Assembly (NCBI GenBank): GCA_964551605.1
Contig: CAZKCV010000003.1
Span: forward strand, 15,474 to 79,473
Reading direction: 5' to 3'
Length of the DNA stretch: 64,000 bases
Source: an uncultured Gammaproteobacteria bacterium
GTDB taxonomy: Bacteria > Patescibacteriota > Microgenomatia > Daviesbacterales > UBA10151
Under the pieces are notes generated by a model. It had not been told where the DNA came from. It did not search any database and worked only from the letters and a program-made list of their open reading frames with translations. The stretch's first letter is position 1, and every line of letters begins with the position of its first letter. Shown piece by piece: positions 52,519 through 62,504 of the stretch. The position numbers were made by a program, and so were the translations under genes.

Positions 52519-53773
52519 GAGCGTTCTCCTTTTTTTAATCCTGCTTTTTCTTCCCACGCAGTTAGGTAAGCATTTTTGGCCGCAGTTTGCGTATATTTAT
52601 TCCCTTAAAATAGATTATTTATCTCCCGCCATTTATTTCTGGGATTTCTTAGTAGCAGGGTTGGTAATTGTTTGGCTTGTAGGCAGGCCGGCGATTAACA
52701 GGTTAGCCCTAAATTTATTTTTACTTTTTCTGTTTACACAGATTGTATCTTTACCTGGTGCTTTGAATATAGAAGCGGGATTGGTTAGGCTGGAACAATA
52801 TTTATTGGCAGGTTTGTTTGGAGTTTTTTTAGCCTCCCAGGATATGAAAAATTTATCTAAGAAGATATACCTCCCGTTTGTCATAGGTTTGCTGGGTGAA
52901 GCTGCATTAGCAATTTTACAATTTATAAAAGGCGGTACCTTAGGGTTGTGGATTCTAGGAGAGAGGACTTTTAATCTTTCTACACCGGGAATTGCCAAGT
53001 TTGATTTTTATGGTCATCAGTTTTTGCGGCCTTACGGCACTTTCCCGCATCCGAATGTGCTGGCAGGATTTATTATTCTTTCGATTGTCATCCTGAGGCG
53101 ATTAGTCCCGATTTTATCGGGATCCCGATCTATCGGGGCCGAAGGATCTAATTATATTCTTCTCCGGCAGAGCCGGATCAGAATGACAGTTCTGGATTTC
53201 ATTAGTCTTTTTGCCGGCCTCACTATTTTTCTGACTATGTCACGTACAGTCATTCTGGCAGGAGTAATAACGCTTCTTTTAACTGTGAAAAGACGATGGT
53301 TTGTCTGGATAATGCTGATCTTGCTAGTTATGTCCCCCATTTTGTTTACCAGGTTTTCCAGCCTTTTTAGCTTTGATAATCTAACTTTACTCAGAAGGGA
53401 AGAACAAATCAGTACTGCTTGGCAAATATTTCAAAACCGGCCGATTTTTGGGGTAGGTTTAAATAATTTTATTCCCACCATTGCAACTGATTTAACAGTC
53501 GGCCCCAGCCGCTTTTTGCAGCCGGTCCATAATATTTTCCTGTTAGCTTTATCAGAAACTGGTTTGGTTGGCCTGAGCGGGTTAATTATTCTTATTGGGT
53601 TTCCTATCTTAAAAATTATTAAACTAAACCCTTTCCGCTTCACGCTTTACCCTGTCCTGCCCTGGTTAATAATTCTGTTTCTGGGAATGTTTGACCACTA
53701 CTTTTTAACTTTGCCCCAGGGTTATCGAATGCTTTTCTTGGTATGGGGTCTGTCTTTGGCCATGTTAAAATGA
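52496..53773 (+). CDS. O-antigen ligase/polymerase-like polytopic membrane protein (Wzy_C-type)
   Basis: About 425 aa with at least 10 TM helices and one larger periplasmic loop (RRLVPILSGSRSIGAEGSNYILLRQSR). Start is uncertain: 52484 or 52496. Confidence 0.45.
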   Translation: MSKLKRVESVLLFLILLFLPTQLGKHFWPQFAYIYSLKIDYLSPAIYFWDFLVAGLVIVWLVGRPAINRLALNLFLLFLFTQIVSLPGALNIEAGLVRLEQYLLAGLFGVFLASQDMKNLSKKIYLPFVIGLLGEAALAILQFIKGGTLGLWILGERTFNLSTPGIAKFDFYGHQFLRPYGTFPHPNVLAGFIILSIVILRRLVPILSGSRSIGAEGSNYILLRQSRIRMTVLDFISLFAGLTIFLTMSRTVILAGVITLLLTVKRRWFVWIMLILLVMSPILFTRFSSLFSFDNLTLLRREEQISTAWQIFQNRPIFGVGLNNFIPTIATDLTVGPSRFLQPVHNIFLLALSETGLVGLSGLIILIGFPILKIIKLNPFRFTLYPVLPWLIILFLGMFDHYFLTLPQGYRMLFLVWGLSLAMLK

Positions 53774-53774
53774 C

Positions 53775-54986
53775 TTGGTGAAGCCTTTCGTAAAAATTTT
53801 GGAGCAATCGTCCTGGCAGGTTTTAGGCAAAGTTGTCACCGCTTTTTCCACTTTTGTGATTTTAGGCCTGGTTACGAGAAATTATGGTCAATCAGGAACC
53901 GGAACCTTTACTCTGGCTTTAACTTATGTGGCCATATTTTATCTGTTGGCTGATTTTGGGTTCAATGCACATATTCTGAGAAGAATTAAGAGTCTAGAGT
54001 CTGGAGTCAAGGAATGGAATAAATTACTGGGAACAAGATTGGTTTGGTCAGGAATTTTAGTAGTCGTGGCAGTCGGGTTGTTGCCTTTTTGGCCATTTAG
54101 CACGCCCGAGTTTATGGAGGCGGTGGTATTTGGCAGTTTAGCAATCATAGCTTCTGCAGTGTTTGTGACCGCTAATTTAATCTTCCAGGGAAAACTGCGC
54201 TATAATCTGTCAGTTGTTGCCACCATTATCGGTACCCTGGTTGGTTTAGTAGTTTTTGCGCTTTTAGCTTCTTCCCGCTTCCCCATTTCGTTTTTGATGC
54301 TGGCTCATTTAATTAGCTGGTGTATTATGGCCCTGGCTGCGCTTGTATTAATACGAAAATTATTTTCTGATATTGCTCCGATATACGATATACGATATAC
54401 CATAAACCTGTTCCGGCAGTCCTGGCCGGTAGCAGCTACTTTGGCCCTGAACGTAATTTATTTCCGGGCTGATGCTTTTATGATTGCTTATTTTAAGTCT
54501 GCTGCGGATGTGGGTATTTATAATGTGGCTTACTCTGTTTTTCAGTCTGCTCTGGTCCTGCCAACTTTTATTATGAACTCTTATTATCCGATGATGCTTA
54601 AATCTTTTAGCGGCATTAAAGTGGTTCTCCTAAGCTTACTGGGGTTATCACTAACTGGTTTGGTGATGACTTTTGTTTTGGCACCGCTGGTGATTGATGT
54701 CCTCACCGGAGGCGGCTTTAGTGGTTCTGCAGTTTCATTGCGAATTTTATCCTTAGGTTTCCCGGCCTATTTTTTATCTTCCTTGTTGATGTGGGTTTTA
54801 ATTGCCAAGGGTAATTATAAGCAAATGCTTTTACTTTACATGTTGGGGTTGATTGTTAACCTAGCCTTAAATCTAATCTATATTCCGCAGTATTCATATT
54901 TGGCAGCTTCGTGGATAACGGTAATTTCAGAATACCTGATTTTAGTGCTACAAGTTATGGTATTATGGTGGAAACTTAAGCGATGA
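53775..54986 (+). CDS. polysaccharide biosynthesis/oligosaccharide flippase family membrane protein (Wzx/MOP-like)
   Basis: 403 aa with about 12 TM helices. The organisation is typical of the MOP flippase superfamily. Confidence 0.5.
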   Translation: MVKPFVKILEQSSWQVLGKVVTAFSTFVILGLVTRNYGQSGTGTFTLALTYVAIFYLLADFGFNAHILRRIKSLESGVKEWNKLLGTRLVWSGILVVVAVGLLPFWPFSTPEFMEAVVFGSLAIIASAVFVTANLIFQGKLRYNLSVVATIIGTLVGLVVFALLASSRFPISFLMLAHLISWCIMALAALVLIRKLFSDIAPIYDIRYTINLFRQSWPVAATLALNVIYFRADAFMIAYFKSAADVGIYNVAYSVFQSALVLPTFIMNSYYPMMLKSFSGIKVVLLSLLGLSLTGLVMTFVLAPLVIDVLTGGGFSGSAVSLRILSLGFPAYFLSSLLMWVLIAKGNYKQMLLLYMLGLIVNLALNLIYIPQYSYLAASWITVISEYLILVLQVMVLWWKLKR

Positions 54987-55396
54987 AACTGATTATTTAT
55001 ACAGATGGAGCTTCGCGCGGCAATCCCGGCCCGGCCAGTTATGGTTTCACTATTTCTGATGACAAGGGAGGTTTACTCTATAGAGAAGGTAAGTATATTG
55101 GTTTTACCACCAATAATGTAGCTGAATATACGGCTGTTTATCAGGCGCTAAAATATATTAAGGAGAAATTTGGCGGTGAGGATCTAAAAATTGAATTATA
55201 TGCAGATTCAAAATTAGTAGTTGAGCAATTGGCCGGCCGGTTTAAGATAAAAAGCGCTCACTTAAAGCCGCTGATTGAGAAAATTAAAATTTTAACTCCG
55301 GAACTGGGTGGAATAATCCATATTCACGTACCCAGATCTCAAAATACAGAAGCAGATAGGTTAGCCAACCTGGCCTTAGATTCCCGCGGCCCTTAG
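54983..55396 (+). CDS. rnhA: ribonuclease HI
   Basis: MKLIIYTDGASRGNPGPASYG...EYTAVYQALKY...ADSKLVV...HVPRSQNTEADRLAN contains the RNase H catalytic residues D, E, D, D. Confidence 0.85.
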   Translation: MKLIIYTDGASRGNPGPASYGFTISDDKGGLLYREGKYIGFTTNNVAEYTAVYQALKYIKEKFGGEDLKIELYADSKLVVEQLAGRFKIKSAHLKPLIEKIKILTPELGGIIHIHVPRSQNTEADRLANLALDSRGP

Positions 55397-55456
55397 TTAT
55401 ACTCCGATACGTTTGATCACTCTTGCAATTTATGATTATCATGCTACGATTTACGC

Positions 55457-58333
55457 GTGGTTGAATCTGCCGAATCTATCAATGAAAAAAATAGTATCCT
55501 GCTTTCGCGAAACAGCCCGGTGGCTTTAGTCGTGGGCGCTGCAGGCTTTTTGGGTTCGCATTTGGCAGATAAGCTATTGGCTAAAGGTATACAGGTGGTT
55601 GGGGTGGATGATCTGCAATATGGGGATAAGTCTAATTTGAGAAGAGCTGCCGAAAATCGAAATTTTCATCTGGTGATTGAATCTCCGGAAAAGATTGATC
55701 TAAGTTTACCGAGACTTGATTATATTTTCCTCTTGCCGGGCGGAGAGACGAATTTGGGCAGGATATTGGCGCAATTTAAGAAGGAAAAAAGCCGGTGCCT
55801 TTTAGTGTCTTCAATTGATTTATACGCCGGCCCACTGGAAAATGGTCTGGGATGGCTTAAGGAGACTGAGGCACGAATTGCCAAGTTTGCCAGAGAACAT
55901 AACTTAAACGCCCGGGTATTACGGCTGGGGCCTGTTTACGGGCCGCGAATGAATTTTAGCCTTAAGGATCCGGTCATAAAATTAATTGCTCAGGCTCTGG
56001 GCGGAAATTTACAGAAAGAAGTGGCATTGGATTTTTCTTCACGGGCGCTTTATGTAGATGATGCCGTAGATTTAATCACCAGAACCATATTTGCCGGGAG
56101 TACCGCCCAGAAGATCTTTGACGGAGTATTGCCCGGTCCGGTTAAGGTATCTGAGATAAAACAAGTCCTGCTTGACCCGGTCTGGTATAGCGAAAAGGAG
56201 TTTTCTTTTACGGAATTGCCACCCTGGCCGACACCTAACCTGGAGAAAACCATCAGAACACTGAATTGGCATCCTAAACCCCGGATCCTGGCTAATCTAA
56301 AAGAAACTTTAAGCTATTTTAAGGACAATGAAATCAAGGTGCCTGACATAGAAAGCGGGCAGGAAGATTTAAACGAAATGGAACAGGAGAGTTGGAATGA
56401 AGAAAAAAGGGAGGTGCTGGAAGCATTCAGGCAAGAAAGAAAAGAAGAGGTTAAAAACGAGTCTAAGCCAAAAAAGGGGAGTAGAATATCAGGATTTTCC
56501 TTATCCAGGTTGTCTATGATCCTGGTACTGGCGTTGGTGACATATGCCTTGATTTGGCCGGGTATAATTCTGGGCTGGAGCATATTTAGTTTCCGCTACC
56601 AGTTAAATGAAAGCTTAAAAAATCTGGAAAAAGGACAATTTGAGAAAAGTCTGGATAATATCAGACAAGCGCAAGTAGGGGTAGGGGAGGCGAAAATCAT
56701 CTACGACAGCTTCGAACCGATCCGAAAAACCGGACTGCTGAAGGAGCAATTTGAATTGGGTGATAACTTGCTGGATCTATCCTTTCTTTCCGTCTCTGCC
56801 GCCAAAAATACGGCTTTCGGGATGCAGGCTCTCCTGCAAAGCATCAAGACGGTAATCGGTGAACAAAATGAACCGGCGCAAAAATATTTTGAAACGGCTC
56901 AGATGGAGCTCGGCTCAGCCGGCCAGAATTTATCTAAAGCAGAAGTTATCTTAAAGGAAGAAAATTTCAAAAAAGATCTGCCTGAATTGTTAAAGGCCCG
57001 GATAAATGAATTATCAGCCAAGCTTTCCCGCTACAGCAAATTAGCTACTAAAGCAGAAGCTATTAGTATTTTACTGCCGAAGTTGGTAGGAATGAAAGGA
57101 GTCAGGAACTATCTAGTGCTGTTGCAAAATAATATGGAGCTTCGCCCGGGCGGAGGCTTCATAGGCTCTTTTGCCGAAGTTTCCTTTGAAGGGGGAAAGC
57201 TGAGAAAGATTGAGGTAAATGATATTTATACCATTGACGGTCAGTTGAATCTTCGTGTTGAACCGCCGGTGGAAATTAAGGAAGACTTAGGTCAAAAGGA
57301 TTATTACTTGCGTGATTCCAATTGGGAACCGGATTTTCCAACCAGCGCCCGGCAGGCAGAGTGGTTTTATAATAAAGAAACCGGAAACAGCGTGGAGGGG
57401 GTAGTAGCTTTGGATGTTTCAGCCATGGAGGAGTTATTGTCGGTGATCGGTCCGATAGACCTGGCTGATTATAAGGAAAAGATCACAGCTGAAAATCTTT
57501 TTGAAAAGGCGGTCACGCATGCGGAAACAAGTTTTTTCCCGGGCACCCAAGCTAAAAAAAGTTTTTTAACCGCTCTAAGTAACGGGGTATTTGAGAAGAT
57601 TTTCTTTCTGCCCCAAAATAATTGGCCCGGGATTATCTCGGCGCTGGGGAAATCACTGGAGGAAAAACACATCAGCTTTTACTTAAACGATCCCAAGCAA
57701 TTCCAGTTTCTACATTCCCAAAATTGGACCCATATTTTACCAAGGCAATCAAAGGAAAACCTGGGAAGTGATTTTTTAAGCATAGTTGAGGCTAATTTGG
57801 GAGCTAATAAAGTAAATTACTACCTGGACAGGTCTTATAACCTGCATACGATTATCGGGAAGGAAGGGGATGTCAGTCAAAGACTGAGAATAAATTATAT
57901 TAACAGAAGCCCTTCTGAAGCTTTTCCCGGCGGCAAATATAAAAACCGGATGCGGATATATTTACCATTCGGAGCCAGTTTAACCAGAGCTATTTGGGGG
58001 GAGGCGGATATTACTGCTGATGTAAACGGGTTTGTGGATTATGGCCGATCCGGCTATTCTTTGTTATTAGAGCTGGCTCCCAAAGAGCAAAAAATGCTGG
58101 TAATAGATTATACCGTGCCTCTTAAATTGGATTTTCAGGAAGGTAAAGCCTCTTACCGGTTGGATATCATTAAACAAGCCGGCACCGGAAAAGACCCGTT
58201 TGCCTGGACCGTTACTTATCCGATCAGCTATAAAGCGTCTTCAAGTCAAGCTAGAAACTCCAGTCCGCAAGAGAGTTCCATTTCCACGGATCTATCCCGG
58301 GATCGCAGCTTTGAGGTAGAATTCAGAAGGTAG
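55457..58333 (+). CDS. fusion protein: N-terminal NAD-dependent epimerase/dehydratase (SDR-type Rossmann) + TM segment + large C-terminal DUF4012-like domain
   Basis: 958 aa. N-terminal VVGAAGFLGSHLADKLLAKG matches the GxxGxxG NAD-binding motif. The TM helix MILVLALVTYALIWPGIILGW is followed by ~600 aa of unknown function. Confidence 0.55.
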   Translation: MVESAESINEKNSILLSRNSPVALVVGAAGFLGSHLADKLLAKGIQVVGVDDLQYGDKSNLRRAAENRNFHLVIESPEKIDLSLPRLDYIFLLPGGETNLGRILAQFKKEKSRCLLVSSIDLYAGPLENGLGWLKETEARIAKFAREHNLNARVLRLGPVYGPRMNFSLKDPVIKLIAQALGGNLQKEVALDFSSRALYVDDAVDLITRTIFAGSTAQKIFDGVLPGPVKVSEIKQVLLDPVWYSEKEFSFTELPPWPTPNLEKTIRTLNWHPKPRILANLKETLSYFKDNEIKVPDIESGQEDLNEMEQESWNEEKREVLEAFRQERKEEVKNESKPKKGSRISGFSLSRLSMILVLALVTYALIWPGIILGWSIFSFRYQLNESLKNLEKGQFEKSLDNIRQAQVGVGEAKIIYDSFEPIRKTGLLKEQFELGDNLLDLSFLSVSAAKNTAFGMQALLQSIKTVIGEQNEPAQKYFETAQMELGSAGQNLSKAEVILKEENFKKDLPELLKARINELSAKLSRYSKLATKAEAISILLPKLVGMKGVRNYLVLLQNNMELRPGGGFIGSFAEVSFEGGKLRKIEVNDIYTIDGQLNLRVEPPVEIKEDLGQKDYYLRDSNWEPDFPTSARQAEWFYNKETGNSVEGVVALDVSAMEELLSVIGPIDLADYKEKITAENLFEKAVTHAETSFFPGTQAKKSFLTALSNGVFEKIFFLPQNNWPGIISALGKSLEEKHISFYLNDPKQFQFLHSQNWTHILPRQSKENLGSDFLSIVEANLGANKVNYYLDRSYNLHTIIGKEGDVSQRLRINYINRSPSEAFPGGKYKNRMRIYLPFGASLTRAIWGEADITADVNGFVDYGRSGYSLLLELAPKEQKMLVIDYTVPLKLDFQEGKASYRLDIIKQAGTGKDPFAWTVTYPISYKASSSQARNSSPQESSISTDLSRDRSFEVEFRR

Positions 58334-58352
58334 GGGATGCTATCATGTATAG

Positions 58353-59195
58353 ATGGCAACTTTAGGAATCCTGGCGGCATTGACTACTGCTTTATGTTGG
58401 GGTTCCTACATGGTCCCTTTTAAGAGATCCGGCAGCTTAAATTTAATTCAATTTCAGGCTTTAATGGCAGTCGGAATAGGAATTTCCGGTTTAATGTTGT
58501 CGCTTATCTTAGGTTATGCTTTTAGCTTAGATGAATACGGACTTTTTAGCGGAGCATTATGGGCGGTGGCCAATCTAGTAGCATTAGTGGCTATTTCCAA
58601 CTTGGGACTTTCCAGGGCTACCCCGGTAATAGCTTCCTTAGTAGTCATCTTTTCTTTTTTGTGGGGAACTTTGATCTTTAATGAATTGCCTTCGGGTTTA
58701 ATGATAGGTCTTGCAGGGATTGGAATGATTATTTTAGGGGTTATTTTAATTAATACTATTGGTAATACCGGAAGTAAAAATATTAGAAAAGGCATGCTGG
58801 CTGCAGCCTTAGCCGGTTTAATTTGGGGTAGCCAGTGGGTGCCTTTAAAAATAAGTAATCTATCGACGGCTGATTTTTTCTTTCCATTTTGTCTGGGGAT
58901 ACTTATTTCCGGTTTAGCTATTTTTATTTTAAGAAGAGAAAAATTTAAGAGAGAGGCAATTAAGGAAAGCTTGTTAAGTGGGCTAGTTTGGAACATTGGT
59001 AATTTATTATCACTTATTTCACTTTCTTTAATTGGTCTTTCGAAGATGGGCCCTATTAGTCAAGTAGCCACACTGGTGGCTGTTTTATGGGGGGTATTTT
59101 ACTTTAAAGAAGTTAAGGTTCTGCGGGCCAAGGTGCAAATTTTAATAGGCGCCGCCATTTTATTGATGGGGGTGATTACCCTTGGCTTGGCTTAG
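58353..59195 (+). CDS. 10-TM membrane protein, putative sugar/metabolite transporter (GlcU/RhaT/EamA-like two-fold repeat)
   Basis: 280 aa with two homologous 5-TM halves. The fold assignment is tentative. Confidence 0.4.
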   Translation: MATLGILAALTTALCWGSYMVPFKRSGSLNLIQFQALMAVGIGISGLMLSLILGYAFSLDEYGLFSGALWAVANLVALVAISNLGLSRATPVIASLVVIFSFLWGTLIFNELPSGLMIGLAGIGMIILGVILINTIGNTGSKNIRKGMLAAALAGLIWGSQWVPLKISNLSTADFFFPFCLGILISGLAIFILRREKFKREAIKESLLSGLVWNIGNLLSLISLSLIGLSKMGPISQVATLVAVLWGVFYFKEVKVLRAKVQILIGAAILLMGVITLGLA

Positions 59196-59240
59196 CTCTT
59201 GCCCTCTGAGCCTAAATGTGGTAAATTATCTTAACTAATT

Positions 59241-60014
59241 ATGGATAGACTAAGCTTACAAGCCGAAGAAAGAATACTCTTAGGCAAAAAGGTTAAAAAT
59301 TTAAGAAAAGACGGTAAGCTCCCGGCTCATGTTTTTGGCAAGGGTTTGGAAACTGATCATGTGTCAGTTGACGGAAAGACCTTCTTGAAAGTTTTTAAGG
59401 AAGCCGGAGAGACTGGTTTAATTGACTTAAAAATCGGTTCAGAAAAAGTCAGGCCGGTAATGATCAGGGGTCTGCAGTTTGATCCAGTTTCCGGTGAGCC
59501 TATTCATATCGATTTTTACCAGGTTAATCTGACCCAAAAAGTCAGGGTGCCGGTTCCTTTGGTATTAATAGGCGAACAACCTGAATCAGTGCATTTGGGT
59601 GAAACTATAGTTCTGCAGACTATGAATGAAGTTGAGGTTGAGGCTCTTCCTACGGACTTAGTGGAAAATATTGAAGTAGATATTACTTCTTTGAAAAATA
59701 TTGATGATGCCATTACTGTGGGGCAGTTAAATTATGACAGAAGTAAATTAACAGTTCATGCCGGAGAAGAAGATATTGTCGTAAAACTGGCCCCGGCTGT
59801 AACAGCAGAGATGCAGCAGCAAATGGAAGAGGCGGCAGCTGAAGCGGCAGCCGCTGCTGTTGAAGCAGAGGAGGGGGAGGCTGCCGAAGGGGCTGAGGGT
59901 GTCGAAGCTGCTGAAGGCGAACAAGCTGCAGAGGGTGAACAGCCACCTGTTGAAGCTGGGAGGGAAATTCCCACTAAAGGAGCAGAAGAAACTAAACAGG
60001 CGAAAGAGAAGTAA
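59241..60014 (+). CDS. rplY: 50S ribosomal protein L25 / general stress protein Ctc with long Ala/Glu-rich C-terminal tail
   Basis: The N-terminal ~190 aa (LQAEERILLGKKVKNLRKDGKLPAHVFGKG...VRPVMIRGLQFDPVSGEPIHIDFYQV) match the L25/Ctc beta-barrel. The C-terminus is AEAAAAAVEAEEGEAAEGAEG... Confidence 0.8.
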   Translation: MDRLSLQAEERILLGKKVKNLRKDGKLPAHVFGKGLETDHVSVDGKTFLKVFKEAGETGLIDLKIGSEKVRPVMIRGLQFDPVSGEPIHIDFYQVNLTQKVRVPVPLVLIGEQPESVHLGETIVLQTMNEVEVEALPTDLVENIEVDITSLKNIDDAITVGQLNYDRSKLTVHAGEEDIVVKLAPAVTAEMQQQMEEAAAEAAAAAVEAEEGEAAEGAEGVEAAEGEQAAEGEQPPVEAGREIPTKGAEETKQAKEK

Positions 60015-60039
60015 GGTTTCTGCCCGGAAAGGAGGAATT

Positions 60040-60378
60040 ATGGAGGATGAAAGAAGAATAGGATGTGATTCTTTTGGAGAGGCGGCAGCTAGACTAGGTG
60101 AAGCTGTTAAGCCATCTTGGCCGGTACTTGAAATAGCTTCTCAAAAAGCAATGATAGGTGTGGGAGAGTTAATCAAACGTTTAGCACAAGACCAGCGTGG
60201 TGGTGGAAGAGCAGGTTGCGCTGTATTTATGGTTGGGGGCGCCATTATTGTAGGAAGCTATGTAAATGCAGTGAGAATCGGTGTGCTGAATGATGGGTTT
60301 CTACTAGGTCTTGTTATCGGTGGAGCAACAATGGCGGTTGGTGCTGTCGCTGCGATGGTGCCGTCGGATAGGTGGTAG
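60040..60378 (+). CDS. small hypothetical protein with C-terminal hydrophobic helix
   Basis: ATG at 60040 preceded by GGAGG. Translation MEDERRIGCDSFGEAAARLGEAVKPSWP...VIGGATMAVGAVAAMVPSDRW. The longer ORF from 59860 overlaps rplY and is unlikely. Confidence 0.35.
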   Translation: MEDERRIGCDSFGEAAARLGEAVKPSWPVLEIASQKAMIGVGELIKRLAQDQRGGGRAGCAVFMVGGAIIVGSYVNAVRIGVLNDGFLLGLVIGGATMAVGAVAAMVPSDRW

Positions 60379-60491
60379 GAGGCTAAGTGCCTCGGCAGAA
60401 GGTGAAGCGTGGCTGAGGGTGAGGCCCCGGCAGAAGGCGCTGAGGAAGGCAAAAAGGCTGAACAAACTCCAACTGAAGAAAACAAAGAAGG

Positions 60492-61631
60492 TTAGTTATC
60501 TATTAATTGTGCGCCCATTTTTCTCAATTTTTGGTTAATTTTTAACTCTGTTTCTGGTGTAGTGGTCTCTGGATCTATCCCGAGTTGAAAAACCACAGTT
60601 TCTGCCCGGGCATCCATGCCCTGTTGAATAGCTTCTTTGGTAGGTGGTACCCGCATAGAACCAATTGCTGTTAAGCTAACTTTACTTCGGTCAAAAGGAT
60701 TTAATAACCTTCTTAAGGTGCCGGGAGTGTCAGAGGGAATACTGAGGTTTTGACTACACAGCGAGGTACGCAGTATTTGTGCTATTAATAGTCCGGTGTT
60801 ATTGAACATCTCCTGGAGTTTTCCGGTGGATCCGCCATGGAAATTTTGCAGCCTATCGATGAAATCTTCCAACTCTTTTCTATTCGACACCAAACTTTTA
60901 AGTAATTGCAGGGCCTGAATTTGGCTGTCGATAATTCTTTCTGTGGTGGGGAGCTGGCCGTTTAAAATCTCTCCTATAGTTCCTGCACGCTGGCCCAATC
61001 CGCGGATATCAGAATCTCCGCCTAATTGCGAATTTGCTGTTGAATTTTGATCTAACTCCTGGAAAGTGATGTCTCTATCCATTAAAGATATGGCAGCGGC
61101 AAGTTGTTTAACAAAGGTATGAACTTGGGTTTCCTGAATTTTGTGATGATCCCTTAATTTAATGGGTACGATGCGGGTACGGAAATGGGAAAAAAGATCC
61201 TGGGCCAATAGCAGGGCGTTCCCAGAATTTGATCCTACTTCGCAGTTCCACAGCTTGGCACCGGCCCAGGAATTATCAGTTTTGATCCCCAAATGCACAG
61301 AGGCAACGCTTATTCCGTTTTTATCAAACTCTTCAAACAATGGAATCAGTTGTTGTTTAGTACTAGCACCTTCTACTATCACAAAACCAGGTGTTATTTC
61401 CGGTTTGCAAGATTCCAAAATATCTTTAGTAACCATTTCTTCTGTGGCAAAGAAGGCTATCCGGCTACGGGTTAACACTTCACGAATGGGATCTCCAATA
61501 TCACAAGTTGTTAGTTGTGCTATTTTCAGGCCTCTTTTTAAGCCATCAGCCATCCTGGTCCCAAGTTCGCCCCGGCCTCCAATTACTACAGTGGGCTCAC
61601 GTGTGTAGTCCCAAGTTTTACCCTCGATCAT
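60492..61631 (-). CDS. prephenate/arogenate dehydrogenase family protein (TyrA-like)
   Basis: 379 aa. N-terminal Rossmann VVIGGRGELGTRMADGL and a dimerisation-domain-like helical C-terminus. Family-level call only. Confidence 0.45.
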   Translation of the reverse strand: MIEGKTWDYTREPTVVIGGRGELGTRMADGLKRGLKIAQLTTCDIGDPIREVLTRSRIAFFATEEMVTKDILESCKPEITPGFVIVEGASTKQQLIPLFEEFDKNGISVASVHLGIKTDNSWAGAKLWNCEVGSNSGNALLLAQDLFSHFRTRIVPIKLRDHHKIQETQVHTFVKQLAAAISLMDRDITFQELDQNSTANSQLGGDSDIRGLGQRAGTIGEILNGQLPTTERIIDSQIQALQLLKSLVSNRKELEDFIDRLQNFHGGSTGKLQEMFNNTGLLIAQILRTSLCSQNLSIPSDTPGTLRRLLNPFDRSKVSLTAIGSMRVPPTKEAIQQGMDARAETVVFQLGIDPETTTPETELKINQKLRKMGAQLIDN

Positions 61632-61740
61632 AGTGGGAGATTAACAGTATTATAGGTTTTTGTCAAGCCAAAAAGAAAAATAATTGCGGATAATCTGCTG
61701 TAATTTTGTGGGAAACTCTGAATAGTTACCAATTTAATGC

Positions 61741-61785
61741 TTGACATAAATAAAGCGACTATGGTACTATGACTATAGTCATATG
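61741..61785 (+). promoter_or_regulatory. promoter (TTGACA -35, TACTAT -10) with a perfect 16-bp palindrome TATGACTATAGTCATA abutting the start codon; leaderless toxin-antitoxin operon operator
   Basis: ttgaca at 61741-61746. tatgactatagtcata at 61768-61783 is its own exact reverse complement. The ATG of the antitoxin begins at 61783. Confidence 0.5.
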
Positions 61786-62022
61786 CAACAAACTATTTCC
61801 AAATCACAATTTAAGGCTCATGCTTTAGAATTACTACGGGTGGTTGAACAACAAAAAAAGCCGCTTATCATTACTCACGGGGGCAAGCCAGTGGTTAAGG
61901 TGATTCCCTATAAAGAAGAATCTAAGTCGGAAGACATACTGAAGTCCTTAAGGGGTAGCGTGCTCCGCTATGATAACCCCACCGAACCAGTAGGTTTAGA
62001 GGATTGGGATATGCTCAAATGA
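61783..62022 (+). CDS. Phd/YefM-type antitoxin
   Basis: 79 aa. SKSQFKAHALELLRVVEQQKKPLIITHGGKPVVKVIPY is the Phd/YefM N-terminal fold motif. Confidence 0.65.
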   Translation: MQQTISKSQFKAHALELLRVVEQQKKPLIITHGGKPVVKVIPYKEESKSEDILKSLRGSVLRYDNPTEPVGLEDWDMLK

Positions 62023-62414
62023 TAGTTTTAGATACCCACGTACTTCTGTGGTGGCTCAGCAGTCCGGAAAAACTTTCCAAAAAGGCAGGCAAAGCAATTG
62101 ATGAAGCGGTTAAACATCAAGAAATTTTAGTTTCCTCGATTAGTGTTTTAGAAGTTTATACGTTAGTTAAAAAAGGCAGGCTAGAGTTAAATACTCTTCC
62201 TGATAGTTGGCTTCAGAATGTTGAGAGTTTGCCGTTTATCAGGTTTATACCAGTGGATAATAAAATAGCAGTGCAGTCCGTTGATCTGCCTGAACTTTCA
62301 CATAAGGACCCTGCTGACAGGATTATCATAGCTACATCTTTAAATACCGGAGCAAAGCTTGTTACTGCTGATAAAGAAATCTTGAGGTATCCTCACATCC
62401 AATCAATTTGGTAA
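62004..62414 (+). CDS. PIN domain toxin (VapC-like)
   Basis: 136 aa. MIVLDTHVLLWWL carries the first catalytic Asp; further acidic residues E/D/D follow at typical spacing. Overlaps the antitoxin gene by 19 nt. Confidence 0.75.
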   Translation: MGYAQMIVLDTHVLLWWLSSPEKLSKKAGKAIDEAVKHQEILVSSISVLEVYTLVKKGRLELNTLPDSWLQNVESLPFIRFIPVDNKIAVQSVDLPELSHKDPADRIIIATSLNTGAKLVTADKEILRYPHIQSIW

Positions 62415-62504
62415 ACCCGGCCATTTTGCCGGAGTTCTTCCTTGTATTGTTTAATGCGTCAATTATGCGTTAAATTTGCGGGGAATGGTGCCTAAAGAAG
62501 ATGA

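Noticed and set aside
59713-59974. Ala/Pro/Gln-rich minus-strand ORFs (72-77 aa)
   Set aside because: They are antisense or alternative-frame translations of the GC-rich Ala/Glu-repeat tail of rplY, a repeat-driven ORF artefact.
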